Assembly: GCA_016618085.1 (NCBI GenBank)
Contig: JABLTG010000187.1
Span: 1 to 35,490 of the forward strand
Direction: 5' to 3'
Source: Neovahlkampfia damariscottae
Lineage: Eukaryota
Length of the DNA stretch: 35,490 nt
The translations under genes and the position numbers were made by a program. The notes beneath the pieces are model-generated. The model was not told the origin of the DNA and did no database searches. It was given only the letters and a program-made list of their open reading frames with translations. Positions 10,839 through 21,953 of this stretch are shown piece after piece; positions within the stretch are counted from its first letter, which is position 1, and each line of letters opens with the position of its first letter.

Positions 10839-13208
10839 ATGAACACTGCTCCTTTGAGTCCAAGTCAAGAACAAGAAGTTTTTCGAGAAGTAATTTCCAA
10901 CAACGTTTACTATCTAGAGCCTTTCACGATGGCCATGATGTGCTATTTAACGCTTTTCTCACAAAACAAAAATCTCATGTTAATACCTTTATTTGTAGAC
11001 GTACTTTCATATTCTTTCAAAATATGGGTATTCAATGATTACTTCACTCCTCAATTTTTCTTGTTCTTTTTGTTCAAACAAAGTTTCATTATCATCCTGT
11101 AAGAAAGAGCTAACATACTTACGATTTGAAGTTATAACTATGCGATTGGATTTGATCCAGATGTTCCAGGTTGGGCGTGCTTGATTTCAAAAATGATAGG
11201 GTATGTCATTTATACTAGCAACAGAGAATTTCATATTTGGAATCATATCGCTTTTGGAATCATACTGATGATTTCAATGATTTCCATGTACGGCTGCTTA
11301 GGTTATTCATTCTCATTTTGTATACACATCTTGGTATTAACTGTTTTTATCAAAATATATCTCAAAATAGTTTTGAATATGGTGTCTCATTTTCATGTGA
11401 AACAACAATGGGTCTACAAGAATTTAGTTCATCAAATACAAAGTGTTCTTATTGTTGCTGATAAAAACTTGGTTATTACATTCGTCAACAAGAAAATTAT
11501 AGGATACAAACCAGAAGATTTAGTTGGAACTAATTTAAAAGATTATCCATTCTATGATGAACAAAAAATTGCTGATTTGAAAAAAACTCAAACATGTCAG
11601 AAATATGAATGGAATCAAAAAATGACACATGGAACTGATTCATTTGTGACTGATGCAACGATGCAAACACCAGATGATGAAGATATTGCATTATTGATTC
11701 GTGATGTGACAAATGAAAAAACAGTGGAACTACAAAATCAAAGACATATGCAAAGTGAAGCTAAATTAGAAGCTAAAAATGAATTCATTGCCTCCATTTC
11801 ACATGAAATTAGAAATCCACTTCAAGTCATATATTCAAATGTGGATCATCTATTATCATTGAATTTGGAAAAACGAATAATGGAAATTGTACAAGAAACA
11901 CATAACTCAACTAAATTCTTGACAAATATTATCGGAGATATCCTTGATTATTCAAAAATCCAAGCTGGAATGATGAAGATTATAGAAGCAAAATATGAAA
12001 TTTTGAAAGTTGTTGAAAGTTCTGTTTCAATGAATTCCAAATCATGTTTGGAAAAAGGATTGAAAATGAATTTGGATTTCGATTACAGTTTACCAAAATA
12101 TTTTTTTGGTGATGGTTCAAGACTATTACAAATTATGAATAATTTCATTTCGAATGCCATCAAATACACACAAGGAGGGGAAGTGAATATCACCATTAGA
12201 AGATCAACTTCAGATCAAAATGTGGACAGTTTATATTTTGAATGTAGGGACACTGGAATTGGTATTCCTCAAGAAAATATGAGAAAATTGTTCAAACCAT
12301 TTTTTCAAATGAACGATCCTAATGCTTCACCAACTCATTACAAAGGTTTTGGATTGGGCTTAAGAATTTGTAAAAAATTATTGGATTTAATGAATGGAAA
12401 ATATGGAACAGAAAGTGAATTCTCAAAAGGATCAAAATTTTGGTTTTCAATTCCAATCAAACAAATTGAAAATAATATCTCAATAGAACAAGAATTCAAT
12501 TATTTGTCATCTGCTGATCCCTTATTGGCTTCAATTCTTCATTCAGATCAAGCAGTTATTTCTCAAATCAATCAAGCTTTCAGAATTATGAATTTTCAAA
12601 ATGTTGAATTGAAAGAAAAAGATTTTAAATCAAATAATTTGGTATTTGTTGAAGAATCATTATTAAAGGAGCTTCCTTCATTCGTCAAAAAAAATCAAAT
12701 TATACTCATTGGAAAATCATCAGATATTTTTGAAAGTTTGAAATATCCAGTTTTACCTTCAAGTATCATCAACATCCTTAAAAAAACAAATCAACAAAAA
12801 GAGTCCGTCGAGAAAAAGGATGAAATTGGTTGCTTGAAAATTCTTATCGTTGATGATAATCTAATTATTTTCAAAGCACTTCAGAGATTGTTGAAAAATC
12901 TAGGAATATTGAGTGTTGCTTATGCAAAAGATGGAATGGAAGCTTATCAAATGGTTGAAAAGAATGATCCTTTTGATTTGATTCTTATGGATATTTCAAT
13001 GCCTGTGATGAATGGAGTTGATTCAACAAAATTGATTAGAAATTTATCAGATGATAGAAAAAGTAAAACACCAATATTTGCTTTAACGGGAAATGCTTTA
13101 TTGCAACCTAAAGCTATTCAATGTACAGAATGGAATATGAATGGAATTTTATCAAAACCTGTGAGTAAAAATGAACTTTTTCAAGTTATTGAACAATTGA
13201 TAAAATAA
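10839..13208 (+). CDS. Intact hybrid sensor histidine kinase (multi-TM input, PAS, HisKA, HATPase_c, receiver) (HK2)
   Basis: The 33-nt intron 11099-11131 joins the 87-aa and 675-aa ORFs. H-box SISHEIRNPL, N-box NNFISNAIKYT, G1 DTGIGI, G2 GFGLGL, receiver ILIVDDN..ILMDISMPVMNG..SKP. Confidence 0.95.
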
Positions 13209-13284
13209 ATCGTTAATTCATTTTTTGTTTCAATTCTAAAATTTTATTTGCTTCTTTATTACCCAATCAAATTGTATTTTCACA

Positions 13285-14637
13285 ATGACAGAAACAACTT
13301 ACACAAACAAAACAGAAAAATGGACTGGAAAGGATGGTTACAAATGGACCCAAGGAGGAAAAATTATGGCCACAGTTGAAGAAATAAAAATTGGAAAAGT
13401 GAGATCATTCCCAAAAGAATTTAAAAATAATAAGAAAGAAGTGTTTGAAATATTAAAAATACGTCCACTTTGGTATAAATACATTTCTTCTGAATTAAAA
13501 GAAGATGAACAAATTGTAAAATTAGTAATTGGAAAAACAAAAAATTTGCTTTGGAAGTAATTAGAAACATGCCTTCCATGGCAAAAGAACTACCAATATA
13601 ATTCCAACAAGATGTAGAGTTCATTTTGGAAGGAATGAAAGGAAACCACATTTTCTTGTGTTATTTATCTTCAAATGTATTTGATTTATTTCAAAAAGAT
13701 GAAAGGGTTGCCACAGAAATCATCAAAAAAAATCTGTACGATTTACAGGATGAGAATCATGTTGATTTAAAAATGAAATTAATGAAGAATGGAACGTTTG
13801 TTCTTCTTGGACCAAAATACATTGATGACGAATCAATGATGGAATATACAATCAACACTTCGCCAACCGTATGTAGATGAGTATGACTTTAGAGATATTC
13901 CAGAGAAATTCCAAAAACCTATCTTCAAAATGATGCATGAAAACTCAATAAAAATACCTCATAATCTAGCAAAGAATGTTTTAATGTTCTGTCCATATGA
14001 TTTATGCAATGAGTATTCTGGATTATCTGAAGAGATCCAACAAAATGAAGAAGTATTACTGAAATTATGTTTTGCTTCGATTAATGGATTAAAAAAGATA
14101 AAATTTACAAAAGAGGCTCAAAGAAAAATGATTCAATTTTACCCACCTTTGATTCAAATATTTCCTGATTTCATTGATAACTATTAGGTTTGAAAGCACT
14201 TGAATATTCATCTGATGTTTATTCTGTAATTCCTAAACAGTTGCAAGATGATTATGATGTAATCAAATCATATATTTCTTCAAATGGATCAAAACTTAAA
14301 TAATTTCAACAATTTAATGATAATGAAGAAATTGTATATGCTGCAATTGAATCAACGCCATTTGCTTTAAAATTCGTTTCAGAAAAATTTAAAAATCAAA
14401 AATCAATTGTTTCTTTCAATATTGAAACAACCATTTACATTGAATTATGCATCAAAAGAATTACAAAATGATTTTAATTTTCTTTTAGAAATGATTTTGA
14501 AAAATAGAAATATTTATTTTCAAAATCAACAAAAATATCAAAATGATCCAAGATTATTGATGATTATGGATAGTAGACATTTCTTAATGTTCCCAACATA
14601 CAAAATAGTACTGGACTTAAAATTTAGGTTTGAATAA
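13285..14637 (+). pseudogene. DUF4116-repeat protein, disrupted
   Basis: Repeats such as YISSELKEDEQIV, LSEEIQQNEEV and LNYASKELQNDFNF, split by several stops/frameshifts (~13550, 13878, 14185, 14301) not explained by plausible introns. Confidence 0.7.
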
Positions 14638-14733
14638 AAAAAGGCATGTGGCGAACCAAAAAAGAATATAGTTCACTCCATTTTTGGTAAAATTTATTTT
14701 TAGATGAACACCAAAAGAAAATAAAATTATTTT

Positions 14734-15363
14734 TTAATTACATAAGTTGTTGACATCCATCTTTTTGTTCATATTTTGAATAGAATCTATTGTATATTTT
14801 CTTTTTTTATTTTGTGAAATGTCATCAGACATTTTTTCATTTGAAGCTTGACTAATGGATGAAGAATCACCATTTGAAAAAGTATCATTTTCAGATATGT
14901 GCATTTGATTGAAATCACTTGAAGTACAACTTTCAAGGTCTCCTGTACTTGAATTTGACACTCTTCCTTCAATAGAGCTACTTGAATTCGTGTCATTATG
15001 ATACTCTAAAAGAAATTTCCTTTGAGTATCTTTACCTCTCATGTCATAAAAACTTTTTGTTTTTTTTTCATACGGCGGATAAATCACATCTACAGTTTTT
15101 CCACTGAAATGTTCATTTTTTACTGGCTTTCGTGGTTTTGTTGTTGTTATTGTTGGTTTTGTGTCAACTTGAAAGTTTACAAAGAGTTCATTACTCTTAG
15201 ATCTCTTCGGAGTTTTTTTATGTGAGTATGGCCACCTTTTCACTCCGAAGCGTCGACATGCTTTGTTCAGTTCTTCCTTGGGCACACCTAAATGTATACA
15301 TGCTTCATGTAAAGGTAAGTGGAATAGTGATGATATTTGATCGTAGGTAAAATCCTCACTCAT
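14734..15363 (-). CDS. RWP-RK domain transcription factor
   Basis: N-terminal ISSLFHLPLHEACIHLGVPKEELNKACRRFGVKRWPY. Confidence 0.9.
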   Translation of the reverse strand: MSEDFTYDQISSLFHLPLHEACIHLGVPKEELNKACRRFGVKRWPYSHKKTPKRSKSNELFVNFQVDTKPTITTTKPRKPVKNEHFSGKTVDVIYPPYEKKTKSFYDMRGKDTQRKFLLEYHNDTNSSSSIEGRVSNSSTGDLESCTSSDFNQMHISENDTFSNGDSSSISQASNEKMSDDISQNKKRKYTIDSIQNMNKKMDVNNLCN

Positions 15364-15527
15364 TTTTCGCTAGTTGGAATTGATGAAGAGTTGATTGGAC
15401 AAACTACTCAATTTCTTTTTGGGTCTATTTTTTACTAAATTTAGAAAAGTTTATCAGGTATTAAATAACCAAACTTGCAGAAATTTTAATAGTTTTCATG
15501 AAACTAGAATGTTTTATTTTCCGCCAA

Positions 15528-16885
15528 TCATTTTTTCTTCGCTTTTTTCTTTTTTCCTTTGCTTTCGTATTCTTCAATTTTTGGTTGTGATGAAATATCT
15601 ACGGCACTTTCATGTCCTTCTGTTTTTAAATGATGAAATAATTTGTTCTTTGTCGCAAAAATTTCTGCACAAACATTACACTTCAAAGATGTGGACTGTT
15701 TTGGTTTTTTTTCTTTTTCTTTCTTTTTTTTATTTTTCTTTTCTCTTTTTGATTGTGCATGACTTTTTTCTTCTTTCTTTTCTTCAGTTCCATTTTCTTC
15801 TTGTTCTTGTTCTTGTTCAATTTGAATTTCTTCTTCTTCTTCATCTTCTGAAGGAATTATTTCTTCAATTTTCTCTTCTTCATCTGATGAAGTGTCCCAT
15901 TGTTTCTTTTTTTTTCCTTTTTTTTTTTTGTTATTTCTTTGAAGTTCTAATAAAATCTCCAAATCATCTTGTAATTCATCATCAACTGTTTCAATACCTG
16001 CTCCTAAATCTTCATTTTTTTTTCTATTTTTTTTCCATTTTTTCATTTCTTCTTCAATGAATTGTTCCTGTGAAAAAATGTTAAAAATTAAATGTTCACT
16101 ACTTTTTCTAATTTATCTTTTTCAGCTTTTTCTTTTTGTTTCTTTCTTCTTTCTTCTTCTTTCATAATTCTTGGATCTCTTCTTCTTACATAATTTGTTA
16201 ACTTTTTGACAAGTTCATTAAATTCTTTTTTTTCTCCGTCACGTTTTTTTTTGTTTTCTTGTTCAATATATCTTCTTGTAAGTCTATTCGGAGCATCAGA
16301 TGGTTTATGTTCATCAACCTTTAAAAATGAATTTTTTAAATTTTTTAACAATTTTCTTACCCATCCGTAGGATTTTATGGAATTAAAACTTGACCAGTAA
16401 TTATAAAATTGAATAGCCTCTGAATATGATGTTTTAGAATCACCAAAAGAAGGTGGTTTTTTAATTGTTTTTCCTTTAGTTTCAAAGCTTTTTTCTTCTT
16501 CATAGATTGTTTGAAACAGTTCCGAATAGACATCATAAAAATTATCTTCATCACCTTCATCATATGTTGAAAATGCATTATTATTAAAAAAAGGCCATAA
16601 ATTTACAAACTCTGGTTTTTCATCTGGATCAACTGAACAAAATTAAAAAAAAAAAAAAAAACCTCCTTTCAAAATAGAGTTTTTATGATCATCATACCAA
16701 GCTCTTTCCTGTGGATCCATCAAAGTTTCATAAGCAGATTGTAATTGAGTGAAGATTTTTGTTGATTCTTCACTATTTTCGTTTCTATCAGGATGGTGTT
16801 TAAACGCAAGTTTAAAGTATGCCTTTTTAATTTCCGACTCAGTGGCTGTTGGTTCAACACCAAGTGTTTCATAATAACATTTCAT
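15528..16885 (-). CDS. DNAJC21: DnaJ homolog subfamily C member 21 (Jjj1-like) co-chaperone, multi-exon
   Basis: J domain MKCYYETLGV..HHPDRN..ERAWYDDH, conserved APNRLTRRYIEQENKKKRD..VRRRDPR, and C2H2 finger CNVC..HLKTEGH. Confidence 0.88.
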
Positions 16886-16961
16886 TGTTACAAATCGAAC
16901 TTGATGAAAATTCCTATTGGATAAAAAAAAAAAAAAATTGTGTATTATTAAAATAAAATGT

Positions 16962-17580
16962 TCATTCAACCCATAAAAAATATTTACAATGGTTGGTTTT
17001 ACATGTATAAAATTCTCTACCTTGGTTTGGACCATCTTTTTTTGTTGTTTTTTTTGTTGCAGGAACTTGACAATCACATTGGACAATAGATTTATCAGTT
17101 TTTTCTGTTTTCGATTTCTTTCTCGGTTGATCATCCTTTTCAATTTCTTTTCGTTTTTTTGATGCTTTTGGTTTTTCTTCAACTTTCATTGAAACTGAAA
17201 ACTTAACATTTTGACCAAATGTAGGTTTCAGTTCAACTTCAACAGTTTCTTTTTTATTCTTTGTTGAAAGTGGCAGGTTCAAATATTTTCGAATGAGATT
17301 TTCTTTATTTAAAGTGCTATAGCCTTTGATATTGTTTTCTTTACATAAAGTTTTTATTTGAGGAATTGTCATATCTTGATATTTTGATATTTCGTTTTCC
17401 ATGAGTTCTTTTGTTTTTAGTTTATTTTTTTTTACTTTCAATGATTTCTTCTTTTTTTAGTTTAGTGATTCCTTTGATTGATCTTTCTTTGCATAATATT
17501 TTTAAATCTGGAATAGTCAATTTGGAATATTCAGTTGTGGTTGGAGTTTGAGTTGTTGTTTTTGTAACGGTAATTACCAT
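16962..17580 (-). CDS. Protein with two HeH (Rho-N/SAP-like) repeats and a C-terminal GRF zinc finger
   Basis: The 28-nt intron 17435-17408 keeps frame. Repeats TIPDLKILCKERSIKGITKLKKEEII and TIPQIKTLCKENNIKGYSTLNKENLI; CDC..GPNQGREFYTC..CKYFLWVE. Confidence 0.8.
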
Positions 17581-17984
17581 TTTTTGGTGATTGGTTAGTG
17601 TATTTCACCAATAAAATTTTTTTTTTAAAACTGGAACAATTTTATTCAATAGTTCGTCAATTCTCTACTGAGAAGAAAAATACTAAAGAATGGAGTTTTC
17701 TCAGATTTCTGAGAGCAAATCAATTTTCTTCAGGGAAATTTGCAAAAATGAAAACTGAAACAATTAAAGTTGCACAAAAGCTGATCAGGATTAACTAAGA
17801 TTTAAGAGTTTGACCACAGGTGCAAGCAGTTACTTATATGCTCTTTACAGTTTATTTCCGGTCAAGGCTACAAGATTCCTAATTTGGTTCTGAAAATTTC
17901 CTAGATAATTTTTAGTTTTCCTAATTTGATTCTAACAACAATTATTCAACCAATTGAATCAAACATTGTTTTAACGAAATATAG

Positions 17985-18443
17985 ATGCCTTCGAAACCAT
18001 CTACTAAAATTATCACTGAATATGCTCCAACGGATCAAGTTTCAACACCAAAATTCACAGAGATGCAAAGTCAAATTTATTCACCTTCGGAGAATTGGAA
18101 CAACTCGACAGATAGAGAAATGTATTTACCACCGATGAAATTCATAGATGCTTCATCTACTAAAATTAAAAAATCAGCAAAAACTAAAAAAAATGAGTTG
18201 CAAAAGAACATCGAATTTCAACTCAAAAAACTCAAAGAAGATACTTTGTTGGAGTCAAAGATAGTCATAGAATCTTCTTCATTCCAATATAAACTACAAG
18301 ATACAATTAAACCTGTCAAAAAACAAAGAAACATGGTCAACAAAATGTCAGCCTTGCCATCATTTCAAGAAGTACTGGAAACACTAAAATGCAGAAGATT
18401 AGAAGATGAATCTGTAAAGTTAAAAAATTATTTTTCTGAATAA
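17985..18443 (+). CDS. Hypothetical protein, similar to the C-terminal half of the RWP-RK protein at 20185 but lacking RWP-RK
   Basis: 152-aa ORF; LPSFQEVLETLKCRRLEDE resembles LPSFGEFLKSVETNRQFDEE; CCAAT at 17950-17954. Confidence 0.65.
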   Translation: MPSKPSTKIITEYAPTDQVSTPKFTEMQSQIYSPSENWNNSTDREMYLPPMKFIDASSTKIKKSAKTKKNELQKNIEFQLKKLKEDTLLESKIVIESSSFQYKLQDTIKPVKKQRNMVNKMSALPSFQEVLETLKCRRLEDESVKLKNYFSE

Positions 18444-18539
18444 ATGTTATTGAATTTTATTGCTATTTCAATAAATCCATCTGAAGTTTTCAAATAATTT
18501 GAAGTTATTTGAATAAAAATTGAATATTTTTGAATTCCA

Positions 18540-19719
18540 AATTACGAATTAATTTATGATATCTCATGCTTTTCCAGAGTTTACCCTTTATCCAATCTTG
18601 ATGTGTTAGAGAGGTTCAACAATCTTTTACATCAGGATATAATCACTTTGAAACAGTATAGATTTTCTTGGAACAATAATACTTACTGGAAAAGCAAATT
18701 CATTTGTTGCAACCAAAAATCTGTTCAATTCACACTTTGAGATATCAACTATTCTTTTTGGAAATAGGGATGCAGCTTGGATTCCTTTGTATCCCAATAT
18801 CTGATTGTTCAAGTGAAACAAAACATCTTCTTTTTCAATGTCAAAATGTCTTAAATGGTACTCTCCTTTTCCGATTGCATATACATGCAGGAATGATTCG
18901 TCTTGGTATAACATCAATGTAGAAGAACCATTATCTATTATTGTAGATTGTACACTCTTTGAGGTTTCTTGAGTCCCACAATTTTAATTCTCTTTGGTAT
19001 ATTTTTGTGAATCCAGAAGTGACGATTTTATCATTTGTACTCAGCCAGGTCACATTTCCTGCTTTAAGCCCTTCATGTGACATCCCCTGATTAACTATTT
19101 TGTCTTTGGTTCTTGGGTCACACATTCTCATTGTGTTGTCTTTTGATGCAAAACAAAACAATGACCCCTTTTTGTTGAATGAAACAGATGAAATGAAATG
19201 TTCAATATTGATATTAATTGATTCTTTTGATTACTCTATATCCCAAATTTTGATAATCAAATCAGTAGAAGTTGTCAAAATTGTATTTTCACAAGTTGGA
19301 TGAAAATCCAAGGTGAGTATTTTTTTTTTGATGGCCAGTGAAGATATTTTGAGGTTTTATATATATTTGAACCTTCTTTCATTGGTATTGACCATATTTT
19401 TGCTGTGGTGTCTTCAGAACAAGTAGCCAACAGAGAAGAGTTGAAAGGTGAAATTTCAAGTCAGAAATTTTTGTTTCATGAGCTTTGATGGTTCGCCTTG
19501 GATTATTTAGGTGATCTTTAATTTGAAGAGTACTTCCGTCTGCTTTTCTGTTTTTTTGTGAATATCTTTTAAATTACTTTGAAAAAGCAAAGTATAGATC
19601 AGAAACGTCAATAAATTCGTATTTAATGTATTATTATTAATTTCAACATCTTCAAAATATGAATCAACTTTTGGTTGCTGGGAGAAGACATGATGGAATT
19701 TTGAGACCTTGATGAACAT
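18540..19719 (-). pseudogene. Coronin pseudogene
   Basis: KVSKFHHVF, LLATCSEDTTAKIW, SHEGLK, TSGFTKIYQRELKLWD, GKGE, PKRIVD..CELNRF and IVPRKS..FQSD, with in-frame stops (KIWDIE* at ~19231; KDC* at ~18616) and several frameshifts. Confidence 0.85.
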
Positions 19720-20184
19720 TTTAATGACCAATCAATTTTTTTTTTTAACCATGGTGGATTCAAACAAAAATCCTGAATAACACTTCAAGACTTAATTTCA
19801 ACCTGAATGTTTGGTGCATTTTTAAAACAATTGTTGGAGAGTTAACTCAAGTGATTATCTGACAATGTATTAAAAACAATTGTACTTCTCATATGATGAC
19901 GTTTCAACCACTTGAAAACAGTTTTTATTTTCAATTGCTTTTTCGGTCAAACTATTCGACCATTCTAAACGCTTCACCTCTAGAAAGGGCAGAGGAGAAT
20001 TTAGGAGTTTTTGATACAGATCAGGTCAAGGAGTTTTGGAAGGAAAATTGAAAATCGTACCAAAACGGAAGTACAAAAGTCCTAATTTAGTTATCCTGAT
20101 TCAATTCTTCCTAAAACGAAAGACATAAATCCTTCAGCCAACCGGAATCAATTACTCAGATCAACACAACCAAAAAGTCCAAAC

Positions 20185-20694
20185 ATGATGTCTGAAAAAC
20201 AAAAACTCCTTGAACTTGTAAACTACCCAAAGATCTATGCTGCTTCCACTTTTCACATGTCAGTCAGCGACTTCACTAAACTCTGTAAACTTCATGGAAT
20301 TGAAAGATGGCCATACCATTCAAACAACTATAATCAAGAGATAAACTATGTACCTTTCAAATCATTCAAACTCACACCAAACAAACCACAACCGATTTCG
20401 AAATCTGGAAAATGTAAAAATACAAAACCTGATGCTTCACAACAAAAAGATTTCATAGAATCTCAAATTCAAGTCTTTCAAAAAGACACAATGAAAACAC
20501 TAAAAAGACAAAAGAGTTCAACTGAAACTGTCAAACCAAAACAAATGAAACATGTACACAAAATTATCACAACAGAAAAACCTATGACTTCAAAAGAATG
20601 TAATATTACTCTTCCTTCCTTTGGTGAATTTTTAAAGTCAGTTGAAACCAACCGACAATTTGATGAAGAAAATGCTAAAAAATATTTGTGTTGA
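20185..20694 (+). CDS. RWP-RK domain transcription factor
   Basis: NYPKIYAASTFHMSVSDFTKLCKLHGIERWPY. Confidence 0.82.
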   Translation: MMSEKQKLLELVNYPKIYAASTFHMSVSDFTKLCKLHGIERWPYHSNNYNQEINYVPFKSFKLTPNKPQPISKSGKCKNTKPDASQQKDFIESQIQVFQKDTMKTLKRQKSSTETVKPKQMKHVHKIITTEKPMTSKECNITLPSFGEFLKSVETNRQFDEENAKKYLC

Positions 20695-21025
20695 ATAAAA
20701 AATTGAACTTTATTTTTGTTTCTGTTCCAAATTTCAGAAAATTCCATTCACGACCAATAAACCACAGTGTTTTGTTGAAACAAAACTTTACATAAGAAAA
20801 ACCTAAAAATCTTGTCAAAAAGAAAAACACATTCACCCATTTTCAAATATTCACGACAAGTGTACCGTTTAAGAAATTAGATTTGTAAACAAAGGCAAAA
20901 AAACAAACAAGTTTTCTTCCTTAAACAAACATTCATTTTTTCCAAACTCAGAGTGAATGTTCCAATTCAGAAAGTTGTCCAAATGCATAAATTTTTCGAC
21001 CAATCACCACAAACCTTTTTTCAGA

Positions 21026-21772
21026 ATGAGTGAACAACCTGCTTTGAATAAATTGACTCCTATCACTTTAAAACTCTCAAAAAAAGAGAAGTTATCAAAA
21101 TATGTCACTGTTTTTTCTTTCAACTTGCCAGAAACAACTCACACACTCGGAACAAAACCTGGACAATACATTTCAACAAAATGTGAAATAAATGGTGAAG
21201 AAACTATCAGATATTATTCACCTTTAAGTCCTACTATCAATGCAAAAAGTTTAGATTTGGCTATAAAATTTGATGGAGTTGGAAAAATGTCCAAGTTTTT
21301 TGATGGTTTAGACGTGGGATCAGAAATGGAATTTTTTGGACCTATTGGTGGTTTTGAATATGATATCAATAAATACTCAAAAGTAGGTTTAATTGCTGGT
21401 GGAACAGGAATCAGTCCAATGTTACAAATTCTTGAATATGCTTTGAATGATAAAAATGACAAAACCAAATTCAAATTGTTATACGGAGCAATTGAAGAAT
21501 CAGAATTAGTATTTAAATCAACCTTAGATGATTTACTTTTGAAACATCCTGACAGATTTGAAATTTATTACACTTTGGATTCTTGGAAAGAAGAATGGAA
21601 ACATGGCAAAGGATACATCACTGAAGAAGTTTTGAAAAAGCAAATTTTTGACTCGAAATGTGATCAAGTAGTTGTTTGTGGACCTCCAAAAATGTGTCAA
21701 ATTATGGATAAAATATTATTGTCCTTTGACGGATATGACAAAAAGAATGTGTTTAACTATGGAAGATGGTAA
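21026..21772 (+). CDS. NADH-cytochrome b5 reductase family protein (no membrane anchor)
   Basis: PGQY, RYYSP, GKMS, GP.G, IAGGTGISPM, CGPPKM. Start placed at MSEQP (21026) because CCAATCA lies at 21000-21006; the upstream ATG at 20957 is an alternative. Confidence 0.92.
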   Translation: MSEQPALNKLTPITLKLSKKEKLSKYVTVFSFNLPETTHTLGTKPGQYISTKCEINGEETIRYYSPLSPTINAKSLDLAIKFDGVGKMSKFFDGLDVGSEMEFFGPIGGFEYDINKYSKVGLIAGGTGISPMLQILEYALNDKNDKTKFKLLYGAIEESELVFKSTLDDLLLKHPDRFEIYYTLDSWKEEWKHGKGYITEEVLKKQIFDSKCDQVVVCGPPKMCQIMDKILLSFDGYDKKNVFNYGRW

Positions 21773-21953
21773 AGTAATTCCATAAAAATTTTCATTTTTT
21801 CATTAATTTCTACCCCTAATGAACGATTATCTTTCATTTTTATTCTTTTGTATCTGATTGAGAGGACTGACAAGCTTTGTGTTGAATTCTACACAACAAC
21901 TTGATTCTTTGATGGAAAAAAAATTTATTTCTATTATGAATGTACATTATTTT

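Noticed and set aside
15395..16060. 221-aa F/L-rich + strand ORF (and similar ORFs at 2129, 26444, 32826, 33446)
   Set aside because: Antisense shadows of K/E-rich coding sequence on the other strand.
17699..17714. Small hairpin TCTCAG-ATTT-CTGAGA
   Set aside because: A 6-bp stem is expected by chance, and there is no other support.
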